This document shows positions 24,890 to 36,123 of a DNA stretch of 64,000 bases, one piece after another (within the stretch, counting starts at the first letter, position 1; each line of letters starts with the position of its first letter). Location: NCBI RefSeq assembly GCF_963921235.1, contig NC_086097.1, positions 246,018,001-246,082,000 on the forward strand, written 5' to 3'. The stretch comes from Mobula hypostoma. Taxonomy: Eukaryota. The translations under genes were made by a program, and so were the position numbers. A model generated the notes under the pieces. The model saw nothing but the letters and a program-made list of their open reading frames with translations, ran no database searches and had not been told where the DNA came from.

Positions 24890-25693
24890 ATTGATTGGCA
24901 AGAGCAAATTCAAGTAAGGCAGGGCAAACAGAGCACCCATTGTTGGAGAGGGCAGAGTTAGAGTGGGGATTGTGAGGCTTTAGCTCTTCAAGGCTTCAGC
25001 GAGGAGAGGTTTGTGTGTGAGAAGACAAAAAAGCTGTAGTAGACTTTTTTTGCCCCGTTTATTTATATAACCATATAACCATATGACAATTACAGCATGG
25101 AAACAGGCCATTTCAGCCCTTCTAGTACATGCCGAACTCTTACTCTCACCTAGTCCCACCGACCTGCACTCAGCCCATAATCCTCCATTCCTTTCCTGTC
25201 CATCTATCTATCCAATTTACCTTTAAATGACAACATCGAAACTGCATCGAATTTATTGTTTTCCTTCTTAATAGTTGCACAGTTAGAACAGCAGGGATGC
25301 GAGGCAGGATAGTTGAGTGCTCTTCCTGCGGGATGTGGGAAGGCAAGGAGACCTCCAGTGAATGGTAGGGCACTGAGAGCACAGTAAGACAAAGGGATCT
25401 GGGAATACAGGTCCATGATACACTGAAAGTGGTGGCACGAATAGGTAGGGCTGTAAAGAAAGCTTTTGGCACATTGGCTTTCATAAATCAAAATATTGAG
25501 TACAGAAGATGGGATGTTATGTTGAAGTTGTATAGGACATTGGTGAGGCCTTACTTGGAGTATCATGTGCAGATTTGGCTAACTACCTACAGAAAAGATG
25601 TAAATAAGGTTGAAAGAGTAAAGAGGAAATTTACAAGGCTGTGGCCTGGACTGGAGAACCTGAGTTATAAGGAAACACTGAATTAGTTAGGAC
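24890..25693 (+). mobile_element. CR1 5' UTR and ORF1 start joined to an ORF2 C-terminal piece; opposite-strand CR1 tail inserted at ~25070-25250
   Basis: MRGRIVECSSCGMWE (ORF1 Cys motif) at ~25297; ORF 25429-25686 LYRTLVRPYLEY. Confidence 0.7.
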
Positions 25694-25699
25694 CAATGC

Positions 25700-25980
25700 T
25701 CTTTTTCGTTCTGCACCATTCTCTACAAACTCTAGAGACTGGTGTCCCTGGAAATCCCAGATCAGCAGTTTCTCAGACGACCCATCTGGAACCAACCATC
25801 ATTCCACAATCAAAGACACTGAAGGTCACATTTCTCCCGCATTCTGATGTTTGGTCTGAACAACTGATCACGTCTACGTGCTTTTATGCATTGAGTTGCT
25901 GCCACATGATTGGCTGATCAAATATTTGCATTAATGAGCAGGTGTACAGGTGTACTTAATAAATTAGAGACTGAATGTAC
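25700..25980 (-). mobile_element. Second Tc1-like fragment
   Basis: Homologous to 24190-24484, including the terminal motif. Confidence 0.8.
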
Positions 25981-27127
25981 ATAAAGGCAGAAACTGACAG
26001 ATTTTTAGGACACACGGGAAATCATGAAATTTGTAAAGACTGGGAATGTGGTCCAGGGGCAGATGACCAGCTACCATCTTTACAGATGGTTGGAGTCACT
26101 CTAGGAATACAATGATCTATCACCTCTTTCCAGACAGCTCTAGGTTCTAAATGGCAACAATGAAATAGATGAACTGAAATAGCTTTTAATTCAAGCAGAA
26201 AGCAGACGATTTTATGAATAGTGACATTAGGTGATTTAAGGGTTAAGTAAAAAAAAGATGTTTATATGTTGATAAAATATCCAAAGTCTTTCAGAAGTGA
26301 AGATTGCCTGCTGAGGGTATGGATCAATTTTAGCCAACATTGATGTGAGATTGTGCTTTGACATTTTTAAAATTTTTGAATTATCAGCTCGATTGTTTCT
26401 GGTTCAGAGGAAGGGAAATGTAAACAAGTGAACACAACAGACTGCCTGTAGATGTCACAGACAGAGATCATCGTACAGAACTGCAGACAGCAGCCGCTAG
26501 GTGGAAAGAGTAAAAATGGAATGAGGGGGGTTAGTGAAAATGGAAAGTTTGCCTCGTTGTTTCTCAGCGTCAGCTTTTGCTCAGTGGCAGGGCTCGTTCC
26601 TCTGTGAGAAATGAACCATTCCAGGAACTAAAGCCCACTCATGCACTTTCGGGTTCGCGATCTGACACCCTTACGCAGTCTGGACTACTTCCCCTTTAAA
26701 ATGACCTACTCATCCAGCCAAATAATAACATCGACAATTAAGCCAAACTGACTGGCTGACAAAAAAAAAGGCTAACAACCAGACATCGCAAAAACACCCA
26801 GGAGCACTTGACCCCACAAAGTCTGATGAGGGGTCTTGGCCTAAAATATCAACTCTCTATTCCTCCCCATAGATGCTGCCTGACCTGCTGAGCATTTTGT
26901 GTGTTTTACTCCAGATTTCCAGCATTTGCAGAATCTCTTGTGTTATTCATTAACATCTGGGTCCTGCACCAAAATTGAAAGACTGAATAAAGAGGGGCTC
27001 CAGGAAAACAGGCACCAGCCAATTGAGTGTCCCCATATAACTCATGCCCTCAAGTCCAACTTGAACTGGACGAAAATTGCTACCGCAAGGGGGCATAACT
27101 TTAAGGTGTTTGAAGGTAAGTGTAGTA

Positions 27128-27705
27128 ATGTTGAGGCTTTATAAGGCGCTGGTGAGGCCGCACTTGCAGTCTTGTGAGCAGTTTTGGGCCCTTTAGAAAG
27201 GATGTGCTGACATTGGAGAGGCTTCAAGGGAGGTTCACAGAAATAATTCTGGGATTGAGACTCTTGACATATGAGGAGCAATGAATAGCTCTGGGCCTGT
27301 ACTCACTGGAATTCAAAAGAATCAGAAGTGTCCTCACTAAAACTTGTTGTTGAAAGGCCTCCATATAACGTATGTGGAGAAGTTTACTATGGTGGGGGAG
27401 TCTAGGACAAGAGGACTTAAGCTCAGAATAGACGGGTGTTCTTTTAGAATGGAGACGAGGAGGAATTTCTTTAGTCAGAGCATGGCGAATCTGTGGAATT
27501 CATTGCCACAGGTGGCTGTGGAGGCCAAGTCATTGGGTATATTTAAGGCAGAGATTGATAGATTCTTGATCAGTCGGGCATGAAAGAATACAGAGAGAAA
27601 GCAGGAGATTGGGGCTGGGAGGGAAAATGGATCAGCCATGATGAAATGACAGAGCAGACCCGATGGGCCAAATGGCTTAATTCTGCTCCTATATCTTATG
27701 GTTTA
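27128..27705 (+). mobile_element. CR1 LINE 3' fragment
   Basis: ORF 27344-27583 GESRTRG...RRNFFSQ...LWNSLP; CR1 tail. Confidence 0.85.
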
Positions 27706-28884
27706 TTATTGGTGGGGGGTATTAGAGTTAGGTTTTTTACGCAGAGTCTGATGAGTACTTAGAAAACTCTGCCAGGTTGGTGGCAGAGACAGATACATGA
27801 GTGCATTTATGGGACTCTTAAATAGGCACGTGGATGACACAAAGGAAGAAGGCTGTGGGGGAGGGAAGGGTTAGATTGATCGTAGAGTAGGTTGAAGGGT
27901 TAGCATAATATTTCAGGCCAAATGGCCTGTACTGCGCTGTACTGTTCTATGTCCTATGCTGGTCAAAGTAGAGAAAATGACTCTGATATTCTCACAAATG
28001 CACATTTTAGCCGATATCTTTTCAGGTCTGAACCAACCACATCAACGGTTTGGGGTGATGGGGACAGAGTGGCCACACTTGATATTCAACACCAAATGAA
28101 TCTCACGGCATCAGTTGGTACCTGGTTAAGGAGACTCACTTTTGATTACCAAACATAGAGTACAGGCACAGTACAGGCCCTTCACCCCTTGATGTTGTGC
28201 CTAAATTGTAACCTACTCTAAGATCAATCTAAACCTTCCCTCCTATATAGCCCTCCTTTTTTCTATCATCTATGTGTCTATCTAAGAGACTCAAATGTCC
28301 CTAATGTATCTGCCTCTACCACAAACTCTGGTAGGCTGTTCCACACACTCACCACTCACTGTATAAAAATGCCTACCTCTGACATCCCCCAATTCTTTCC
28401 TCCAAATCATCTTAAAATGATGCTCCCTTATTTTAGCTATTTCCATCCTGGGGAAAAAGTCTCTGGCTGTCCATTCGATCCATGCCTCTGATTACGTCTA
28501 TTGTCCAGTCTCACATCTCTCTGCAGCACTCCAGAGTGAAAGGCTGAGGGAGCGACTGAGAATGCTCACAGCATGGAGACTTGAATGTCCATTACCCGAA
28601 GTGATTTGCAGTACCATTGCCAACCAAGGTGGCTGAGTTCAGAAGAGTGTCGTTGCCAGTTTGGGCCTTATCACCATGGCAACCCTGGCACCCTACCAGA
28701 GATGTTCCCTTTGCCCTCTCCATCCTCCCCCACCCCCCCAACCTCTCTGCAATTAAAGCTAACTTTCCTTCTCTCACTTTTCCAGTACTGATGAAGGATT
28801 TTGATTTGAATCATTATTTTTTGTTTTCTTTTTCCACTGGTGCTCTTTGAACGGCTGAATGGTTTTCAGCCCCGGAGACCCGGC

Positions 28885-29310
28885 GGGTCAGGAAGCATCT
28901 ATGGAAAGAGATAAAGAGTTGATGTTTCGGGTCAAGTCCCTTCATCGGGATTCCAAGGAGAGCAGGAAGAACCCAGAATAGGAAGGTAGAGAGGGAGGCA
29001 GGGAAAGTGTACAAGCTGGAAGGTGATAGGTGAAGCCGGGGTGGTGGGGGAGGTGGATGAAGTGAGAAACTGGGAGATGATAGGTGTAAAAGGCTGAAGA
29101 AGAAAGAATCTGATTGGAGAGGAGAGTGGACCATGGGAGAAAGAGAAGGAGGAAGGAACACCAGGGGCAGGAGAGAAGAAGAGGCAAGAGGGCCAGAGTG
29201 AGAAACTGCAGAAGAGGGAAAATAACTTGGAAGCTGGAGTAATCGATGTTTATGCTATCAGATCGGAGGCTACCCAGACAGAATATGAGGCGTTACCTCT
29301 CCAACCTGAG
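28885..29310 (-). mobile_element. Penelope-like element 3' region
   Basis: LRLER*RLIFCLGSLRSDSINID ORF end on the minus strand; purine tract; decayed hammerhead at ~28915-28952. Confidence 0.8.
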
Positions 29311-29694
29311 GACCTTGAAGCATCCTTGTTAGGCATACTGTAACTTCAAAACATTAAACCAATTCAAGGGAAGACACAGGAGTCCAAAATGTGAGTCTAA
29401 CTTTGTATTTACTTTAAACGAGGGCACATGTATCATGTGGTAGCATGATGACGTATGAAATTCACGTATTTTTACATATAAACTGTAATGAATTATTTAA
29501 ATGAACAAAAATGCTTAATCAAGCAATATATATACAAGGTTAGGCCATGATGTAAGCATTTAGGATTCTCTCCACTGTGCATCTGTAGAAGCTTGATAAT
29601 GTTTTTGAGACATGACTAAAGCTATAAGGGACCTCGGTGTAGAGATCCCTGAAGGTGACAGCACAGGTTGTCAGGGTAGTCAGGAAAGCAGAAA

Positions 29695-29985
29695 TAACCT
29701 ACAATGCTGGAGGAACTCACCAAGTCAGACAGCATCCGTGGAAAAGAACAAACAGCACAATGTTTTGGGTCGAGTCATCTATCACCTTCCAGCTAGCCTC
29801 CTTCCTCTATCCCCCTCCCCAACCTTTTTATTCTGGCATCTTCCCTTTTCCTTCTCAGTCCTGAAGAAGGGTCTTGGTCTGAAACGTTGACTGTTAATTC
29901 ATAGAAGCTGTCTGACCTGCTGAGTTCCTCCAGCATTTTGTGTGTGCTGCTTTGGATTTTCAACATCTGCAGACTTTCTTGTGTT
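29695..29985. mobile_element. PLE with a short inverted arm (29695-29776) joined to a sense arm
   Basis: Antisense terminal repeat followed by sense pyrimidine tract, hammerhead and terminal repeat. Confidence 0.75.
29856..29893 (+). ncRNA. Minimal type I hammerhead ribozyme motif, core intact
   Basis: CAGTC CTGAAGA AGGGTCTTGGTCT GAAA CG TT GACTG; all core residues present, GUU cleavage triplet, weak stem II. Confidence 0.7.
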
Positions 29986-30084
29986 CATGATCAATCTACA
30001 TTGGTTTGGGCAGAGAATGTAAGTTCAGGGAGGTTTCTGCCAATTTGTACTGATGTAAAATAGAGACGATTTTGACTGGTTGGA

Positions 30085-30587
30085 GGTTCCGATGTAGATG
30101 ATTGAAAGAGGATGCAGAGGGTTGTAAACATAGCCAGTTCCATCACAGGCACAACCCTCCGGACCATCAAGGTCATCTTGAAGAGGTGGCACATGAGGAA
30201 GATGGCATCCATTATTAAGGACGTCACCATCTGGAACAGGGGTTCCCAATTTGGGGTCCACAGACCCCTCAGTAAATGGTATGGTCCATGACCTAAATAA
30301 AGGTTGGGAACCCCTGATTTAGACCATACCCTCGTCTTATTACTACCATCAGGGAAGAGATACCAGAGCCTGTAGGCCCGCAATCCAATGCTTTAGGAAC
30401 AGCTTCTTCCCTTCTGCCATCAGACTTCTGAATGGTCTGTGAACACAAGTTCATGATTCCTCTTGCATTATTTATTTGTTATTTATTTTAACTTATAGAA
30501 TTTACTTATACAATATACAGTATTGCTGTCACAAAACTACAAATTACATGACATATGCCAGTGATAACAAACTTGATTCAGATTCAT
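30085..30587 (+). mobile_element. Rex1/Babar 3' fragment
   Basis: KMASIIKD...LLPSGKRYQSL remnants; (GATTCA) tail. Confidence 0.75.
30237..30316. mobile_element. 80-bp hAT/Charlie-type MITE
   Basis: 13-bp perfect TIR CAGGGGTTCCCAA / TTGGGAACCCCTG; flanks ATCTGGAA / ATTTAGAC resemble a decayed 8-bp NTCTAGAN TSD. Confidence 0.8.
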
Positions 30588-32364
30588 ATTCTGCCTTACA
30601 TAGAATTCTACAGCACATTACAGGCCCTACGGCCTACAATGTTGTGCTGACCATGTAATCTTCTCTTGAAACTGCCTAGAATTCCCGGGGCGCATAGTCC
30701 TCTATTTTTCTAAGCTCCGTGTACCTATCTAAGAGTCTCTTAAAATACCCTGTTGTCTCCGTCTCCACCACCGTCACTGGCAGTGCATTCCACACACCCA
30801 CCACTCTGTGTGTGAAAACCTTACCTCTGACATCCCGCTTGTACCTACTCCCAAGCACCTTAAATCTAAGCCCCTCAAGTTAGCCATTTCAGCCCTGAGA
30901 AAAATCCTCTGGCTATCCACATGATCAATGCCTCTCATCATCTTATACATCTCTATCAGGTTACCTCACAGCCTCCGTCTTGTTACTACTTTTTAAGAGA
31001 TTGCTGAGGTTATAGCTGGAAATTCGGTCACTGAGAACATAAGAAATAGGATCAGGAGTCGGCCATCTGGCCCATCAAGCCTGCCCCGACATTCAATAAG
31101 ATCATGGCTGATCTGGCCATGAACTCATCTCCACCTACCTGCCTTTTCCCCATAACCCTTAATTCCCCTACTGTGCAAAAATCTATCCAATCTTGCCTTA
31201 GATATGTTTACTGAGGTAGCCTCCATGGCTTCATTGGGCAGAGAATTCCATAGATTCACCACTCTCTGGGACAAACAGTTCCTCCTCATCTCCGTCCTTA
31301 ATCTACTCCCCCAAATCTTGAGGCTATGTCCCCTAGTTTTAGTCTCACCTACCAGTGGAGACAACTTTCCTGCCTCTATCTTATCTATTGACTCAATCTC
31401 TCTTCATAGTCTAACCCCCTCATCTCTGGAATCAATCTAGTGAACCTCCTCTGCACCACTTCCAAAGTCAGTATATCCTTCTTCAAGTAAGGAGACCAGA
31501 ACTGCATGCAGTACTCCAGGAGCGGCCTCACCAGTATCCTGTACAGATGCAGCATAACCTCCCTGCTCTTAAGTTCAATCCCTCTAGAGATGAAGGCTAA
31601 CATCCCATTTGCCTTCTTGATAGCCTGCTGCACTTGCAAACCAACCTTTTTGTGAATCATGCACAAATGCTCCCAAGTCCCTCTGCACAGCAGTATGCTA
31701 CAATTTTTTACCATTTAAATAATAATCTGCTCTTTCATTTTTCCTTCCAAAGTGGATGACCTCGCATTTACCAACATTGTACTCGATCTGCCAGTCCCTT
31801 GCCCACTCACTTAACCTATCTATATCTCCCTGCAGACTTTCCGTATCTTCTGCACAATTTGATTTTCCACGCCATTTAGTATAATCAGTAAACTGAGATA
31901 CACTACACTCGGTCCCCTCTTCCAGATTGTTAATGTATATCATGAACAATCACAGGCCGAGCACCAACCCCTGTGGTACACAACTCACCACTGATTGCCA
32001 ACCAGAGTAACACCCATGTATCCTAATTCTTTGCTTTCTTTTTGTTTACCAATCCTCTATCCATGCTAATACATCACCCTAACTCTATGCATCCTTATCT
32101 TATGGATAAGTCTTTTATATGGCGCCTTATCGAACGTCTTCTGGAAATCCAAGTAAATATCATCCAACTGTTTCCCGTCCGTCCACTGCGCTCATTATAT
32201 CTTCAATGAACTCCAGTAAGTTTATCAAACAGGACCTGCCTTTGCTGAATCCATGCTGTGTCTGCCTGATGGATCCATTTCTTTCCAGACACTTTGCTAT
32301 TCCTTCTTTAATGATAGCTTCAAGCATTTTCCCAACTACAGATGTTAAACTAACTGGCCTAATT

Positions 32365-32763
32365 CCGCTAATGCCCCACCTCCCTCTCGTACCCCATCTG
32401 TTACTTATTTTTATACACACATTCTTTCTCTCACTCTCCTTTTTCTCCATCTGTCCCTCTGAATATACCACTTTCCCATCCTCTGGGTCCCCCCCCCCCC
32501 CTGTCTTTCTCCCCGGACCTCCTGTCCCATGATCCTCTCATATCCCTTTTGCCTATCACCTGTCCAGCTCTTGGCTCCATCCCTTCCCCTCCTGTCTTCT
32601 CCTATCATTTTGGATCTCCCCCTCTCCCTCCAACTTTCAAATCCCTTACTAGCTCTTCCTTCAGTTAGTCCTGACGAAGGGTCTCGGCCTGAAACGTCGA
32701 CTGCATCTCTTCCTAGAGATGCTGCCTGGCCTGCTGCATTCACCAGCAACTTTTATGTGTGTT
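32365..32763 (+). mobile_element. Young PLE 3' insertion with 8-bp TSD
   Basis: GCCTAATT at 32357-32364 and 32764-32771; pyrimidine tract, intact hammerhead and terminal repeat. Confidence 0.88.
32667..32702 (+). ncRNA. Minimal type I hammerhead ribozyme, best-preserved copy
   Basis: AGTC CTGACGA AGGGTCTCGGCCT GAAA CG TC^ GACT: complete core, stem I AGTC/GACT, stem II, loop-less palindromic stem III (ACGT), GUC site at 32696-32698. Confidence 0.8.
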
Positions 32764-33524
32764 GCCTAATTACGTGCCTTTTGCCTACATCCTTTTTTGA
32801 ACAGTGGTGTGACATTCACCTCTTCCAATCCGCTGGGACCTGCCCAGAGTCCAGACAACTTTAGTAATCATCACCAAAGCCTCTACTATAACTTCTGGCA
32901 TTTCTTTCAGTACCCTGGCATTCCATCAGGACCAAGGGTCTTATCTATCCTCAGGACCACAAGTTTGCTTAGCACTACTCTTTATTGATAGTTATTGTAT
33001 CGAGGTCCTCACCTCCCCTCGCACCCATAACACCTCTCTTTGCCATGTTAGATGTGTCCTCCACTGCGAAGGCCAACACAAAATAGTCATTCAAAGCCTT
33101 GGCCATTTCTTCATTAACCAATATAAATTCCCCCTTCTTCCACTTTATATAATTATAAAAACTTTTACTATCTGCTTTTATATTTTGTTCTAGTTTATTT
33201 TTATAATCTAGCTTCTCTTCCTTTATTGCTTGCTTACACTCATGTCACTACACTCTAGGAAGGAGGTATCTGAACTGGAGAACACACAGTGGAGACTCGC
33301 AATATTTTTGCATGGGATAGAGTGTTTCAGTTATAGGGGAAAATGGGCCAGAATGAGGGTATTATCTTTGGGACAGAGGAGGTATAAATAATTAACAGGG
33401 GCCGACAGGGTCCATCACGAGGTCTCCAAATAGGAGGAGTCTAAGATCAGAAGTCAGTGGATTAGGGTGAAGAGTAAGTGGTTGCTGGATTGGGGTGTGG
33501 AAATGTTATTTTTTTATATAGTAA

Positions 33525-34445
33525 GTCATCATCCTATCACACAGGACATGCCCTCTTCTCCTTGCTGAGGAGCTACAGGAGGCTGAAGACTCACACTCAA
33601 TGTTTCAGGAACAGCTTCTTAGAACATAGAACATAGAAACTTACTGTACATTACAGGCCCTTCGGCCCACAATGTTGTGCCGACCACGTAACCTACTCTA
33701 GAGGCTGCCTAGAATTTTCCTGGCGCATATCCCTCTATTTTTCTAAGCTCCGTGTACCTATCTAAGAGTCTCTTAAAAGACCCTTTGTTTCCACTTCCAC
33801 CACCGCCACCAGCAGTGCATTCCGCACACCCACCACTCTCTGTGTGAAAACCTTACCTCCGACATTCCCTCGGTACCCATTTCCAAGCACCTTAAAACTA
33901 GGCCCCCTCATGTTAGCCACTTCAGCCCTGGCAGAAAACCTCTGGCCATCCACACAATCAATACCCCTCTTCTTCCCCGTAAACACGAGGAAATCTGCAG
34001 ATGCTGGAAATTCAAGCAACACACATCAAAGTTGCTGGTGAACACAGCAGGCCAGGCAGCATCTCTAGGAAGAGGTACAGGGCCGAGACCCTTCGTCGGG
34101 ACTAACGTTAGTCCTGACGAAGGGTCTCGACCCAAAACGTTGACTGTACCTCTTCTTAGAGATGCTGCCTGGCCTGCTGCGTTCACCAGCAACTTTGATG
34201 TGTGTTCCCTCTTCTTCCCCACTGTCTTTAGATTTCTGAATGGGCAATGAACCTATGTACACTACCTTCATATTTTTTTCTTTTTTTGCTCTCTTTTCAT
34301 ACTACTTATTTAATTTAAATTCGTTATGTATATTGTTTACTGTATTTCATATTGTAATTTTTTAAAATTCTTTATTGCATTGTACTGTTGCCACAAAACA
34401 TCTTTCATATGACATACGCTGGTGATGTTAAATCTGATTCTGATT
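33525..34445 (+). mobile_element. Rex1/Babar 3' fragment containing a nested CR1 3' end (33621-33968, minus) and a PLE fold-back
   Basis: AGGAACAGCTTCTT resumes as CTTCTTCCCCACTGTC at ~34211; (TCTGAT) tail. Confidence 0.75.
33979..34206. mobile_element. Fold-back PLE insertion with 14-bp TSD
   Basis: CCCTCTTCTTCCCC at 33965-33978 and 34207-34220; perfect palindromic centre GACTAACGTTAGTC (34100-34113). Confidence 0.9.
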
Positions 34446-34769
34446 AGTAAAATTTTCCTATGATTGTTTGTGTTTTTATATAATCATCTGTATTCGTGCA
34501 ATTGTTCGGAGAATTTTCCAGTAATTGTGGTGAATTTGCCTCTGAATTTTTCTGGAAACTTGGCTAGCTTATTGGCTAACTGTTATCAATAATCGGTAAG
34601 AGATGACCACACTACTTTTAATCTTTCTCTTTCTTTTGTCTCTTGCCAGGCTTCTTTCTTCCCTCTTCTCCTTTGCTCTTGGAACACTTAATAAAATGAC
34701 AAGTGTCATGCTTCTGTTGAACTATTGGGTTTTATGCTATTATAGAGCTCAAGGTCAAAAGACATATTA

Positions 34770-35319
34770 CAGACATCCCACCTCTCCCGGAAGTTCCGGG
34801 AGTCTCCCACATATTATTAGTGGCTCCCTGATGCCCGCAAATTATATATAATATCCCGGAAATCAATTTTTTTGAGAGCGAGCGAGCGAGAGAGTGTGCG
34901 AGAGAGAGAGAGAGAGAGCAAGAAAGAGCGAGCACAAGAGCAACCACAAGAGAGAGAGAGCGCGCCATGGCAGAGTGTTCCAAAAAAAGAAAATATAAAA
35001 CGTACGTCACCCCAGGCTACCCTAGAGTGTACCCCTGCCTAATAGGGATCAAAAATAATGACAGTGTTGCTCACTGCACTGTTTGCAACAGTGACTTTTC
35101 TATTGCCCATAGTGGGTTAAGACTGTAAAAGACATGTTGAGGTGAGTTTAACAGGTGTCATTCCTTCTTTAGCATAGCTAACGTTATTTAAACTAGCTGG
35201 CTAGCTGCTAAGGAGCTACTTTATTTCAGACATCCCACCTCTCCTGGAAGTTCCGGGAGTCTCCCGCAAATTGATGGTGCTACCTCCCTGAAATGAGTTT
35301 TTGCGGGGTGGGATGTCTG
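34770..35319 (+). mobile_element. Non-autonomous hAT-like DNA transposon retaining a BED-type zinc-finger first exon
   Basis: TIR CAGACATCCCACC / GGTGGGATGTCTG; ATG at 34967 gives MAECSKKRKYKTY...YPCL...AHCTVCNSDFSIAHSG, then after a frameshift DCKRHVE, then GTGAGT at 35142; flanks CATATTA / CATAGTA. Confidence 0.8.
34875..34962. repeat. (GA)n / (GAGC)n microsatellite inside the hAT element
   Basis: Directly visible. Confidence 0.9.
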
Positions 35320-36123
35320 CATAGTAGCAGAATTAGGCCATACAGCCCATCGTGTCCGCTCTGCCATTCCATCTTGGCTGATTTATTATCCCCCTCAACC
35401 TCATTCTCCTTGTACCCTTTAACTAATCAAGAACCTATCAACCTCCACTTTAAGTATACGCAATGACTTGGCCTCCACCGGCGTCTATGAATACCACAGA
35501 TTGATCACACTCTGACTAAAGAAACTTCTCCTCATCTCTGTTCCAAAATGAGGCTGTACGCTCTGGTCCTAGGTTCCCCCACACAGAGAGTGACGGGTGC
35601 ATGGAATGCCCTGACAGGGGTGGTGCTAGAGGCAGAAACATTAGGGGCATTTAAGAGACACTAGATAGGCACATGGATGAAAGAAAAATAAAGTCTTCCG
35701 TGGGAGGGAAGAGTTGGATTGATTTTGGAGCATGTTAAAGGGCTGAAGGGCATGTATTATGCGGTAGTGTTCGATGTTCTATCTGTTAATCCCTCAGATA
35801 ATAAAGCAATCTATATTGGCTGTTTGATTCGGGTATAGAATTGTTTCTTTTGTCTAGTATTTTCCTTGTACTTTAATTTTCCTATGCTTGCTTGTATTTG
35901 TATATAATCACCTGTATAGGTGTAATTGTTCAGCAAAATTTTCCAGTAATTGTAGTATAGCTGATTCTGTATGTTTCTAGAAATTTCTTCATTTTCCTGA
36001 AGCAGGTGTCGCACCACTTGAATCTGATGATTCTATATGTTAATTGTTAATCACTGGGAAGTTGATACCTCTAGTCTGAGTATGAGACGAACACTACTTC
36101 TTTTTCTGTTGCTCCCTACCTCC

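Larger units (their letters stand above)
31034..33240 (-). mobile_element. CR1 LINE ORF2, decayed, interrupted by a PLE
   Basis: ORFs 31125-31364, 31385-31714, 31698-31949, and RPVSLTSVVGKMLE in 32160-32471; (CATAAGAA) tail. Confidence 0.9.

Noticed and set aside
29327..29540. TGTTAGG-starting AT-rich block resembling an LTR fragment
   Set aside because: No matching end or TSD visible.
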